Of a stretch of DNA of 64,000 nt, positions 12,851 through 26,646 are shown one piece after another. The position numbers and the translations under genes were made by a program. Every line of letters begins with the position of its first letter. The first letter of the stretch is position 1. The notes beneath the pieces are model-generated. The model searched no databases, had not been told where the DNA came from, and was given only the letters and a program-made list of their open reading frames with translations. This DNA is from Lytechinus pictus (Eukaryota), in contig NC_087251.1 in assembly GCF_037042905.1 (NCBI RefSeq), forward strand, positions 2,606,001 to 2,670,000, given 5' to 3'.

Positions 12851-15144
12851 GTCGTGAATGAAAAATAGGGTTAGCACGTTCATTAATTGCAGATACAAGA
12901 TAGATGGAAGTTCTGCTATATAAAGTTAAGCAACCATCTGAAGTTATGATAAATCTGTCTTTTTTCTGCCGTTGATTGTTTGTGATTTGAATTTGTATTT
13001 TTATCAAACTTGCTGATTGAATATCAGAAAGCTACATAAAATTAGATGAAGTTTTCAGCCAATTTTCTCTTTTGCAAAGTGGTTTTATATTTAAAAAAAA
13101 AATAATAGGGCCACCCCTATAGATTATAAAATTTATCTATTGTATTTTGTTTCTATTTTGTATCATCCACACCATATCAGGTTTAGGACAGAATAGGCCT
13201 ACGCTTTCACATCATGTAGTATTGAAATGGATCAATGACAGACACTTCAAAAGGATTTACCGAAACTTAGAATTAGGGTTTTAAACCCTGTATTTTGGGG
13301 AGGGGTCTGTTCTGCTAAGAAAAGTACTTTTTGGATAATTTATGATTTCCCCTCTCCTGTGTCTGTGAAACTACATTTGAAGTTTATAAATTTCATTTGT
13401 CATATCATCCCAAGCATTCCCCCTTTGGGGCTGACATCACCTGTATCAGGAATACCTCCCTGTGTTTCTTAAGGTGATGTCAGCTCCTGACACCATACCA
13501 CCAGCTAGACAAGGTAATACTACCAAGTCTTGACCTTATAGGTTGGGGGTATGTACTATCATTCAGCAGGAGTTCTTCCTATTCTCTTCTTACCTGTAGC
13601 CTAGACCTTGTCTTTCTTCAGTCCCTATGAAGATCATACCCACTCAATCACAAAATAAATATACATTGCTTGTTCAGGCTAAAATTACCTGATAAATCAG
13701 GTTGTATGTTCACACCCACCTGAACCAGATGAATTACTGTAGTTAAGATACAGCAGCAAGACTCTTGCATTCCTATAAGCAAACAGATAGTCCCCCTGTA
13801 TACCTGTTCTTCTTGCTTTATATCTACTCATAGTTCATGTTTTTTACAGTGCCAAAAAGATCCCTTCGACTTTGGAGTAATTCCTGTAAAAGTTCTCATA
13901 ACTTTGAAAAGTATCTACCAATAAGCATTTTTTTCTTCCAGAGATAAACAAGTGATTTGCTTTCATACTTGCAAAACACTTGGTGTTCTCTGATATCAGA
14001 AGAATTTATGATAAAAAAATACAATTTTTTGTGATTGAATGAGTCTGAAAGTACCCTATGTTTGTCTCCATCTTTACTGCTGTCTCTGCCATTCTGTATC
14101 ACATCCCACTGTGATATCCTTTTATACAACTCTGACATACCACAGAAAATGAAACAATTTGAGAAAGAAAATCCTTGACAATAAGGCCTACTCCTTTACT
14201 TTTTTTGTGCAGTTGTTAAAGCATAAGTTATTTTAACAGAAAATGTTATAATCAACAAACTTCTGCCCAATTCTAACCAAATATTCATTGATTTCAACAA
14301 ATTATGAGTTATTTGACCTATCCTTTTGAAAACTTAACTTTTCAGATTATGGCTGATGCAGATAGCATAGAGGTTTCATTGTCAATATCTGTCTATTTAG
14401 GAACTATAAAGGTTTTTTTTAATTATTCAGATTAAGCTCTTCTAAACAGAAAAACAGTTTATAGAGTCTAGGAGATTTGCCAGTCATATGCTATGGTTTA
14501 TAATGAGACCTTTCTCTCTCTATACATGCTTGAGCACCCAGTATGCTTTCCTCCACACACAAAAAAAAGATTCAGTAAAACAAGACAAAATAATTTCCAT
14601 CCCACTTTATTGGAAAATATAACATTTGTCATTCAACATTTCAAAATTTTCAAGTTTTTGTTGAAGGTAAGGTGAATGCCTCCTTCTATTGGTAGTAACC
14701 TTCCTACTAGGAGGTGTTAATCCCTTTCTTTAATCCCTCTAGGAGGTAGGTGGCATGCAGTACATAATAGCTGGAGCTCCATCAGCCGAGTTTATTCATT
14801 CTCAAGTTACTATTCCAGGGTTTATACCTAGCCGAAATCTGAGTGTGTCTCTGCTTGTGAATTTGTTTGATAATTTGCATAATCGCTTATTTTTTTATAA
14901 ATACTAATAAGTTGCAATTACCTTTTTAAGCCTACAAAATATCCCAATAGTTGTGTCTCCATTACAAATACTCTTGAGATTGTTCTTCTTTTGGATAGCT
15001 TGCAGGATTTCTGGATAAATCGAAAACTTTAGTAGTCTGCATGATTCCCTTTTTGAACTCATGATAAAATAGTGCAGACTGTTTCAAAAATAATTAATGC
15101 AATTTGTACTTCCCAATCAGGATTTTTTAAGGGTGAATTTATTA

Positions 15145-15493
15145 AATAATAATAATATTCCGCATTTATATAGCGCTTAACACATCGGAACGACGTCTCT
15201 AAGCGCTTTACAGATATATTATTACCCCGGTCATCGGATCCTTGCATGCCCGCATACAATGTTTGCACCTTCTCCACTCCCTGGGGAGTATTCCAACAAG
15301 AGTTCCAAGACTCAATTGCTAGGCATACTACATAGGCTTTCACATCCTACCGGGTACCCATTTAACACCTGGGTGGAGAGTGGCAAATTGTGGATTGACA
15401 CCTTGCCAAAGGACGCTAGGCAATGGTGGGATTCAAACACACGACCCTCTGATTACAAGGCGAGAGTCAGAACTGCTACACCACGGCGCTTCC
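15145..15493 (-). mobile_element. tRNA-derived SINE, apparently full length
   Basis: Reverse strand reads GGAAGCGCCGTGGTGTAGCAG...GTTTGAATCCC, then CTCTCCACCCAGGTGTTAAATGGGTACC, then tail GCGCTATATAAATGCGGAA(TAT)n. Confidence 0.9.
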
Positions 15494-17470
15494 ACATTTG
15501 TGAAATGGGATGTTACCATGGAGATACCAGCACCTCCTTGGTATTGTTAACCTGGTATATATATTTCTTGATAACATCAAGCTGAGTACTGTGGTGGTGA
15601 TTCCAAGAATCATAATCATAAAAATGAGCCTAGATGATTTCATATTGACCTGGATCCTACAATTCAAGTGCGGTCCAATCAAAAGATTAAGGTTTCAAGG
15701 TCCTAGACTCCTAGTCAACCTCTTAGGAAGTGTTGAAACTTATTGTGGTCAGTGGCACATGACCCAATCAGTTGCACACGTGCAGGAGTGAGAAAAACGG
15801 TTAGGAGGGGTTTGTTTACGCCCCTGACACATGGTAGTACTGGTGGAGGCAGGGCATCGCTGTGGTTGCATGGTGGTCAAGTTTGGACACATTGTAATAT
15901 TCTAGGGGTGCATGTAATTGCCACTTTTTTACCTAAGAATCATGATTTGGAAGATGTTTCCATAAAATAACGGTTCTGTTTAATCAATAATAAAAGTAAT
16001 TATATTTCAAAAATCCCAAACATGAAATGGAAATATGGGAGCATTATGAAAGACGTTTATGCGACAAGACTCTTTTGGCAAGGTCCGTGTTGCAGCCTTG
16101 ACTGTCCATATAAACCCCATACATGATTGTGTAGATACCCAGCTTTGATCATATTCATACAGGTTTTGTGACAACAAGTGCAACCCAACAGATTGCTCAA
16201 CTGGGATCATCTGTGTTGGGGATCGGTGAAGATGTAAAAGCCCCTTTACCAACTTAAACTTGGCAGTGTTTGAGTGCTTTATGATTTCAGAGGTAGAATC
16301 AACCCCTACTCTGCTTTGCAATAGGAATATTAAGAAATGTGGGGCGTTGAGGATTCCAAAATTTTGTAGGGAGGCTACAGCGATTGGACAGTGATGATAG
16401 GATTTGGTTGGCCGTATTCATATTGCCACTGGAATTAGCCATGTTGATATCACTAGATTGACACATGCTTCTCTATTGAAATTTTGAAAAAAATAATGCA
16501 TAGACCCTATATTATTGTGCAAAATCCATGCAAAAGATCCTCCTGGCAGTGCAGTGTAAATAGAATAAATAGAACTAATGTTTTGCCACCATTTTGAAGT
16601 TGTGCAATAAGCCTATTATAATAATAAATGTGTTGCAAATTTACCTTGCTTAAGAGCTTATATTTTCATCCGATTGGCACATATCTTTTGTAAAAAAAAA
16701 TTCTCACAAAATTAATAGCCTTGGGACAAATCAGAGATTTAAAAAGGTATTTTGCATTGTATGAAAAATAATAGTTAAACGAGGAGAGATGAGGAGAGAC
16801 CTGGCGACCTTGTAACCATCATTCCAACTGATTACCCCATTCACAAGTCCAATTCTACCAGCTTTCTGCCTCAAGCATTCACCCCTAAATACAAAAGAAA
16901 ATGATCTTATGATGGTGGAAAGAAAAACCACAAAGTATGAGAGCAGTGCATCAATCATAATTGGTTCTCGTTTTTTTGTGTCAGGGTCATAAACCTCTCC
17001 ATTCCTGGTTAACTTTAGTCTTTGCTTGTTTTAACTCTTTGCTCAAAATATATGACACAATTACTGGAAAATATATGGAAAATCAGAAAAACTTAGTATT
17101 TCAGCCTATTTGATTCAGCTTTTGCAAACATAGTTCTACCTCAATATGTTATATTTCAAAATACTAATCTTTTATGTTGTTGTATCCCCATCACACTGTA
17201 CTTGACCCTTTCACTCTTATTTTTCAAGGTTTTTTTTATATTAGTGAATTGCCAATTGGTCTAAATCCTGTCTATTTTCCATGTTTGTATCAACCCACAT
17301 GGTCTACACCTTGTTCATCTAAAACCAGTTTGTGGATTTGGCATGATTTATCCCATTTATTATATAGCTTATCCATTTTGCCTAATATCCACTAGGTATA
17401 CCACTATGGCCTGTGGTTAGATGGAAGGTTTATGAACAGAATGTTCATTTGACAATGTAAAGTCAACTAA

Positions 17471-17956
17471 GGGTGTGTTCAATGTCGATTCTCAAGTTTA
17501 AACAGCAACATGAATCATGATTGAAAACTCAATTCCAAAACACCGAACACAAACACGATCAGCGGTGCACCGTTCAGTGTCGAAAATATAAAGTCGTTTA
17601 TATGTTGATCGTCTTTGAATTTCGTAAGCGCAACTTTAGTGCTCAATTTGATTGACCGATCACGAGAAAGGTCAGTTCTGGCACCTGTTATGTAGGCTTC
17701 CACTGCAAGAAATAGTGTTCAATGTCGCATTCGCGATGCTCAAGGTCGTAAATTTTAGCTGATCGTGTTTACAAACGCACCTTTTTTATGTTTAAATTTC
17801 CTCCGAATCTTGATTTGAAAGACGTTTACTTTCACTCCCGGGAATAGTGGACATTGAACACACCCTTTGTTTCTCATTATATGGCGTTTTGTAACCACGT
17901 TTTAAATCATGATCCATGTTGCTATTCAAATTTGGAAACTGACATTGAACACACCT
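17471..17956 (-). mobile_element. MITE family B, copy 1 (PIF/Harbinger-like)
   Basis: TIR GGGTGTGTTCAATGTC preceded by TAA. Appears inserted in a decayed relic (~17245-18115) of the TAGAC-repeat family. Confidence 0.8.
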
Positions 17957-18128
17957 TATGTAGAAATTAGACCAACTGGGCATTAGAAAAAAATGAGCAT
18001 TAGACTATTGAATTAGATCAAGTGCAGCTGTGTAGACTAAACAACAATTAGGCCAGATTGATAGTAGATGAAATGTAGTACTTGACTACCTAAAAAATAG
18101 ACCATCTGCTCATACGCAAAGTGACTAA

Positions 18129-18616
18129 GGGTGTGTACAATGTCAGTTTTCCAATTTTAAACAGCAACTTGAATCATGATTGCAAATGCTATTACAAAAT
18201 ATGGATATAATGAGAAACAAAGGGTGTGTTCAATGTCCTCGTAAAATTAAACGTCTTTCAAATCACGATTAGGAGGAAAATTTAAATGTCGTAAAAGATG
18301 CATTTGGAAACAAGATCAGCTCAGATTTTACGGCCTTCAGCATCACAAATGTGACATTGAACACGATTGAGTTTGAAATGTATTGAAATTTGCTCTCGCA
18401 GTGGGAGCCTACACGAGCATGTGCCAGACTTGACCTTTCCTACGAATGTTCAAACTGCGCAATAAACAAGAGTGGCAATCAACAAATATTCAATTTATAT
18501 TTTCATCAATGATCAGTGCACCGCTGATTGTGTTTGTGTTCTGTGTTTTGTAATTGCGTTTTCAATCATGATTCATGTTGCTGTTTAAATTTGAAAATTG
18601 ACATTGAACACACTCT
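18129..18616 (+). mobile_element. MITE family B, copy 2
   Basis: TAA|GGGTGTGTACAATGTC...GACATTGAACACACTC|TAT. Reverse-complement homolog of 17471-17956. Confidence 0.8.
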
Positions 18617-21169
18617 ATGATCACTTCAATATCCAGAATAAAGTATATCATGGTTTGAGACTTAAAGGAAACAAAGTTGATTTTTTTTACCATTGTGGCC
18701 ACCACTCCCCCGGCTCCCCACCCCCCCCCCCCCCCCCATTTGACTTAATTACTCCTTTTATCATTATTCCAGAGTGTTTTTTCACATTAAGCAATTACTT
18801 AATTATACATTATTTCCTTAGTAAATATTTTCTTTATCGTATTTAATATGCAACTTGCCGTTTTTCTTTGCATTTCCAGCACCTGATATATCTTCATATT
18901 TTAGAATGGAAACATTAGAGCAGACTTTGGACTTAAGGGAAATATGATATGATTGTAAAGTACCAGTAATATGATTTGATTACTCTGTTGTTCCTAAGGT
19001 GCTTGTAATTCTTATCATTTGCTCTCAATAGATTGAAGGCCATATTTTATCATACCTCCCTGTAAGAAATTGTTTGTGAATGAATTTTATATCAACAAGA
19101 AAAAAAAATGTGCAATAAAATTGGTTGGATCCTAAAGCTTGTTATGGTTAATTGTATACTTGGATCAAAAGCTTGTCGCTCTGTTTAAACCTGTTATGAA
19201 TAATTTTGTCTGGAGTATTCAAAAGTGACTAATATCATCAATAGTAAGGACAAGAATAATGATAATGATTGATGATTATAATAATTACAATAATCATAAA
19301 GATAATGATGCTGATGATAGTAATGATGATGAAAATGAAATGAAAATCCATATTTTATTGTTCGAAATAGAAATATTCTGAAAATGTATTTTGCCCAATT
19401 GACTATATTTCCTTTATATTTTTGTTCTTTTGTTTTGGTCTATTGGTGTTTTTACAATGTACTTATGACTTTATTTTTTATTTTTTTATCATAATTGGAA
19501 AAATGAGTGAATTGAATTGATAAAAATAAATGAATTGAATTGATAAACCATTGGGGACTAAGACCAACATACTGTGGTCCATGAAAATGTGTGTTCTTGA
19601 ATCTTGCATAATCAGCTTGTTTATACACAAACTTTCATTCAAAGTACCAATCCTTGTGGCAATTATTTTACTTTTCAGCAAAATATCAGACTTGACAAAT
19701 AACTATTCTTGTGAAGAAGAGAATCACTATTTTCTATTGTGTATACAAAGAGAGGAACAATCCCTCTTTTTCTAAGTTCTGAGAATCTTTTCTTCATGAG
19801 GGTACAAGGATATATTTTCAGACAAATAAGCAATACTGTGGTTAGATACAAATAAAACCCTGTCATTCACATCTCATCCAGTTAACACCAAAGTAGGCCA
19901 TGGTTTTCAGTCACAATTAGATTCTCTTTTTTTTAAATAGTCATGGGTCATCAAGAATAATCAGTCACTTTGGTACGCTATTTCCATCATTTTTCTCCCT
20001 GATTAGAAAAAAGAAAATGGCAGCTTTTTCCTCATCCTGTTTTCATAGATGAATGATTTTCCACATATCATCAATGATGTATTCCGCTATTGTTCCTAGA
20101 ATTATAGAGAAAAGGAGTAATGACTCAGCTTTTATTGTCACACCATTCAGGGCAATTGAATTTTAATAGTAAAGTTTGATAAACTAGTACTGGGACTTAG
20201 TTTCACTTCTCTTGTAATTTGAATGGTAGAAAATTAAAGGTTTTATTTCTTGGTTATATCTAGCAATTTTTATATGTTTCTTAGGGACAACATTCTGCTT
20301 TTCTTATAAATCTATCACTGTGAAGGGCAGGGCTTTGATATTCCATGATAATGGTGAATAATATTACAAGAGCTTCTAATATAAATGCTGAGTTTTGATA
20401 ATGTGATATAATCATAAATGTTATTAATAACTTAAGCCAGATGTGATATGAAAAAAATATTCTTTTTTATTGGTCATCAAACTTATTAGATTTATGTGAC
20501 ATAAATGACAACAATAATTTTTTTGCTTTAGCAAATCCAAAACTAGATTAAAACTATCCAATAGAAATCTTACTTATTTAATTCTAAAATCGGTCCATCT
20601 AAATAAATTTGTGCAAAGAGCAAGGATATCAAACTTGTTTTAATGAAATGGGTACATATTATAGTCCGGTCTCATACATAATTCTATCATTACCCACACC
20701 CATTGAGAAACATACGGTCACTGTATGCCTATGGAACCAGTAAGGCAATGTTCACAGTAACTTAACCAATAATTATGGTTTGGACCATACTTATTTCTCA
20801 TGGTCTGTCAATTTGAATATGAAAATATTATAAGAATATTCCTTTCGACTAAATGATCTGGATAAAAATTAGACTGAAACCTAGCAAAGGAAAATCTAAA
20901 TAAAGACAGAGAATAGGTAAGTTAGTTATTTTCAGGGCATGTACACCATGCCTTCACCAGAAAAATAGGGGAAAGGATCCTAAATAGTCTTGTTCCTTCT
21001 CACATTACAATCTCTCATTCCCTCATTATAGTATTAACCTCAAGCAACCAACCTCCAAACCAACACTTAATGAAAAGAGGAAAAGGATGGATTAGTGCCT
21101 CTGATCTAACACTCACATCATTGACATATAAAAGGGAGAAAGAGACTGAAAGACCAACAGATTCCACAA

Positions 21170-21312
21170 CAGCACTTGCATCCTTTGGCAAGGCATTTAT
21201 CTGTATTTGCCACTCTCTACCCAGCTGTATTAAGTGGGTACCCAGTAAGAAGGATTTCCTTGAAACCTTGAGTAGCTGTGCTGAAGTCAAGGTATTGAGC
21301 GCTATAGAAATG
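21170..21312 (+). mobile_element. Degenerate SINE fragment
   Basis: GCATCCTTTGGCAAGGCATTTATC...GCCACTCTCTACCCAG...GGGTACCC...GAGCGCTATAGAAATG. Confidence 0.7.
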
Positions 21313-22494
21313 AAGGGATCAACCACTTTCTATTCCTTCATTGATTCATTTACATTACCATGATTTGGGCTCACCAAACGAAAAGCAAAAGTTTCTCGTG
21401 TTTGAAAAATTTTAATAAAAAATTTGCCCAGTTAAAACCTCTGTCCCAACTGGCTGGCCTATAGCCGTCCTGAGCAAACTGTCAAAAAACGATTTTACTT
21501 AATTCTAAATCACATGTAAAAAAGACTGTACATGGGAAATAGGTATCGGTGCACAAAATGAAAACTGTTACGCAAATGTACATTACTATCATGGATATTG
21601 AGGACAATTATTTCTTTCTTATTCTTCTAGGATTTTACATTCAAGCTATTAAACATATAATGTTCATAATTATGATATTCCATGAACATGGTCTGAATCA
21701 ATCAAGCTAGATATAACATGGAGAGGGAAAGAGAAGTTCCAAAAATGCTTCTCAGGAAATTGTTGAGAATTAATTCTGATTGAGCCTTAATTACCATTTT
21801 GACCTAAATCCCCTTGCTGACAAGTCCTTTTCCTTCAATCCTGCCAGGAAAGTTCAGGTTTAATCAAGATAAATTTTAGTATTCAGCAGAGTTAGCTGCT
21901 TTGAGTTACTTTTACTCATCCCGTTTTGTTCCTTTAATTTAAGACTTTTATTGGTCAATTTGAGATTTAAGATGAAATTGTTGAATGTTTAATAGAGATG
22001 TAATCAGTTCTTTTATTCTTTTTTAAAAATTTAATTGGACATTAGAAACAGCTTTGTTGTAGAACCTCTGAAAGTCCATTCCTATAATGTTTGACTGCCA
22101 ACATATAATATTTGAACAAGTGACCAAAAAAACACGGTTTCATTTGATAAATGCAAAACTAATGATTCATAAATGCAAAAAAACCTAATATTACATTCAT
22201 TGCTGGAGGCATCAAACACTTTGATGGTAACTAGAAATATCCATGGTTATTCAAATCTTTGTGATTTAGGTGAATGATGGCATAAAAGGCATAAAGTGTT
22301 TCATTTTTTCTGAGCTCATTAGAGTTTGTATTGTTATCAGCAAAATGATGTCAAGCGGTATTTGGAAAAGAACATCAAACTGGTGGAATTGGGGGGGGGG
22401 GTACTCAACTATATAGATGTTCACACACACAGAGCCGTAGGGTCTTTAAAATACCACTTAATGCATATTTTGTAAATTAATGCCCTATTAAGTA

Positions 22495-23307
22495 GGGGAA
22501 GGCAGGGTAAGTTGAGCCACAACCCCCAAGCCATCGCAATAAAGAATGAGTCAAACATTGTGGTGGTGTCATTTTTTGATGACCCATTGCATAACCCCTA
22601 ACCCCACCACATTTTTTTCAACTTTGAAACAAAAAAATTTTAGAGGGAAAAATACAACTTTAGGCCAAAAAAGTAAAAAAGGGTTTGAAATAGATAAGTG
22701 CTTTTACACACACACGTCTGTAGGCTTTATAATAAAGACATAAGAACAATATTGTTAGTCCAGGTATGGATCTTCATTCTTGTCATAGTCTTTTACATGA
22801 TGGATGCATAAGAAATGTGTGGATGCAAAATTATGCATTCAATTCGGACTGGGGTAAGTTGAGCCAGCCAACAAGGGGCAAGTTGAGCCATGGTAATTCT
22901 TATGGTAATGTATATTAAAAAAACGTAAAAAGCCATCGATATGCAGACAGAAAGGAGCGAATTCACATGACAGTTCTTTTACTTTTAGAGGATGTTAGTA
23001 TTTATGAAGAATTAGCAAGTGAAAAGACTTTAAATAAAAATTGACATGCTGGTTCTTCCCGCATACATTTTGTACATAGTTTTTATGGCTCAACTTACCC
23101 CACAGATCGGGCAAGTTGAGCCATTTGACATCGTTTTTTCAAAGGTCACAATGACTTTCAGTGTGGGGGTAGAAAGTTGTATATAGGTGAAAAATATTTC
23201 CCAAGAATCAAATCTAGAGGCAAGGTACTTATTACTACAATATTATTAGTCATATCAATTCTAACATGCAAAATGCAAAAAGTGTCACAACTTACCCTGC
23301 CTTCCCC
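22495..23307. mobile_element. Non-autonomous Tc1/mariner/pogo-type element
   Basis: Perfect 20-bp TIR GGGGAAGGCAGGGTAAGTTG with TA TSD. Internal GG(T/C)AAGTTGAGCCA repeats in both orientations. Confidence 0.85.
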
Positions 23308-24088
23308 TATATATAAATATTTCCTCTATACATTTTACTCCCTAAACAAGTGTAAAAGTTGTTTAAGGAATTTTATATTTCAGGAACTACAATAAAAGGG
23401 GAAAATGTGAGTGAATATATTCCAGTAAATTTACCCATTTCCTCTGTATTTTGCCTCTTTTCTTTAAAAACACAGTTATGGACACCCCAAAGTACCATCC
23501 ACACATCACCTCTTGACCAAATGAAAGCTATCCTTTACACAGGTTTATCTCGTTGAAATTGTCAACATTATTATATAGATGAGTTGCCTTCTTGGTTCTG
23601 GTTTGCTCTATTCAGTCATTAATAATTGTAGACTCTCAATGTTGCCACCCCCCCCCCTTTTAATCACATATTATGAGGACAGCCCCCCCCTCAATCTCTT
23701 TCCCCGAGGCTCTTTTGATAAAGTATGTAGGTATTGAAATGAATCACTAAACTGATGAGGTATGACACTGAATATACCAAGGCTTTATAATGCGCAACAT
23801 CAAAGGAGAGAAATGAAATCTTTTATCTTCATTCAGTTCACTGCCCTCATTGTGTCTTAATGACTCAATTAAAAGATCGAACTTGAGAAGTAAGACCCTG
23901 TCACACACAGATCTATCTACCTCTGAGAGTGTTCTCAGATCACTCGATTAAAAGATCGAACTTGAGAAGTAAGACCTGTCACACACAGATCTATCTACCT
24001 CTGATAGTGGTCTCAGATCACTCAATTAAAAGATCATACTTGAGAAGTAAGACCCTGTCACACACAGATCTATCTACCTCTGATAGTG

Positions 24089-24957
24089 CACTGTAAAAAA
24101 AAATTAGTTGAAATTACTCAATAAAATTGTGGCAAAAAATTGCCTTAATTTTTTTAAGTATTTATGAGTTTGGCAGTTTTAAGTAAAATTTACTTATTTT
24201 CTTTGCATCCATTTTACTCAAGAAAATTAAGTTACAATAACTTAACTCAATTAAGTAAAACAATCACTAAATATTTGAAAAAATCAAATGGGGGAAGAGG
24301 GACTTTCGTGATTCGAAAGTCCGTCCCCCATCGTCCCAATTTTTGTTGGCATCATTTTCATCTGAGACATGTTGTATCTAAATATTAGACTTTGTGCATT
24401 GTCACTTACCTGTACAGGTATAGGTACTGACATTGATATTTATACGCGATCGTTTCATTCTTACAAATAAAACAGTGAGAGAGAACAATATAAGCATTTT
24501 CTGAAAACCTAAAAACAAATCTGAAATTTTCTGCTAAATTACAATTTAATGGTGATTTTTCTTTGATTCAACAAAAGAATAAAATAGTTAGCACACCCTT
24601 ATCCAAAACAATTTCAAACACAAATAGATATGACATTTATTAAAAAGAAAACAACATTTACTTGCTCTAATGAATATTCATGCATTATTTAAATATGGCG
24701 TTCATTGAAAAATATAAGTACATTCAACATGATTTTATAAGTAATAATAATCTTTGCCTAATTGAGTTAGATTTACTCAATCAAAGCAAGCTATCAATAC
24801 GTGAATGTTCTTAAATGTATATTGAACGCAAATAAATCAAGTAAATTAAAAGACAAGTTAAAACTACTTTAAAAAAACGATAAATAATTACAAATTGTAA
24901 ATTCTACTTAAATACATTAAGTGTTAATTACTGATTCAGAATTTTTTTTTTACAGTG
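24089..24957. mobile_element. Non-autonomous EnSpm/CACTA-type element inserted in the satellite
   Basis: TIR CACTGTAAAAAAAAA/TTTTTTTTTACAGTG. The 2-bp TSD TG is verifiable against uninterrupted units (GATAG-TG-GTCTC). Confidence 0.9.
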
Positions 24958-26409
24958 TGGTCTCGGGTCACTCAATTAAAAGATCGAACTTGAGAAGTAA
25001 GACCCTGTCACACACAGATCTATCTACCTCTGATAGTGGTCTCAGATCACCCAATTAAAAGATCAAACTTGAGAAGTAAGACCTGTCACACACAGATCTA
25101 TCTACCTCTGATAGTGGTCTCAGATCACTCAATTAAAAGATCATACTTGAGAAGTAAGACCCTGTCACACACAGATCTATCTACCTCTGATAGTAGTCTC
25201 AGATCACTCAAAAGATCAAATTTGAGAAGACCCTGTCACACACAGATCTATCTACCTCTGATAGTGGTCTCAGATCACTCAATTAAAAGATCGAACTTGA
25301 GAAGTAAGACCCTGTCACACACAGATCTATCTACCTCTGATAGTAGTCTCAGATCACTCAAAAGATCAAACTTGAGAAGACCCTGTCACACACAGATCTA
25401 TCTACCTCTGATAGTGGTCTCAGATCACTCAATTAAAAGATCATACTTGAGAAGTAAGACCCTGTCACACACAGATCTATCTACCTCTGATAGAAGTCTG
25501 AGATCACTCAAAATATCAAACTTGAGAAGACCCTGTCACACACAGATCTATCTACCTCTGATAGTGGTCTCAGATCACTCAATTAAAAGATAGAACTTGA
25601 GAAGTAAGACCCTGTCACACACAGATCTATCTACCTCTGATAGTGGTCTCGGGTCACTCAATTAAAAGATCGAACTTGAGAAGTAAGACCCTGTCACACA
25701 CAGATCTATCTACCTCTGATAGTGGTCTGAGATCACTCAATTTAAAGATCAAACTTGAGAAGTAAGATCTGTCACACACAGATCTATCTACCTCTGATAG
25801 TGGTCTCGGGTCACTCAATTAAAAGATCGAACTTGAGAAGTAAGACCCTGTCACACACAGGTCTATCTACCTCTGATAGTGGTCTGAGATCACTCAATTT
25901 AAAGATCAAACTTGAGAAGTAAGATCTGTCACACACAGATCTATCTACCTCTGATAGTAGTCTCATGTCACTCAATTAAAAGATCAAACTTGAGAAGTAA
26001 GACCTGTCACACACAGATCTATCTACCTCTGATAGTAGTCTCAGATCACTCAAAAGATCAAACTTGAGAAGTAAGACCCTGTCACACACAGATCTATCTA
26101 CCTCTGATAGTAGTTTCAGGTCACTCAACTAAAAGATCGAACTTGAGAAGTAAGACCCTGTCACACACAGATCTATCTACCTCTGATAGTAGTCTCAGAT
26201 CACTCAATTAAAAGATCAAACTTGAGAAGTAAGACCCTGTCACACACAGATCTATCTACCTCTGAAAGTAGTCTCATGTCACTCAATTAAAAGATCAAAC
26301 TTGAGAAGACCCAGTCACACACAGATCTATCTACCTCTGATAGTAGTCTCAGGTCACTCAATTAAAAGATCATACTTGAGAAGTAAGACCCATCACACAC
26401 ACATCTATC

Positions 26410-26646
26410 CAGGGGCAGATCCAGGATTTTCCAAAATGGGGGGGGGGGGGGCACATTTTCCAAAGGAAAGTTTGACAAGCAAAAAAAAAGTTTTCAATAA
26501 AAAAACGCCACATTCCCATTATCAAATTTTGGTGCGACTCTCAAAGGGAAGGGGGGCACACTCGTGATGAACAAAATAATTACTTTAAAAATACTGACTA
26601 TGAATCTTAAAGGGGGGACACAGGCCAGAAATACCCCCCCCCCCCC
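26410..26646. mobile_element. hAT-like MITE (right end eroded) splitting the last satellite unit
   Basis: Starts CAGGGGCAGATCCAGG after ATCTATC. Poly-G and poly-C tracts inside. Satellite sequence resumes with TCTGATAGT...GTCTCAGGTCAC. Confidence 0.7.

Noticed and set aside
23862..26409. CRISPR-like array, and the 185-aa repetitive ORF at 25036-25593
   Set aside because: Units are contiguous with no unique spacers, there are no cas genes, and the context is eukaryotic. The ORF arises only because the 79+71 bp dimer is a multiple of three.
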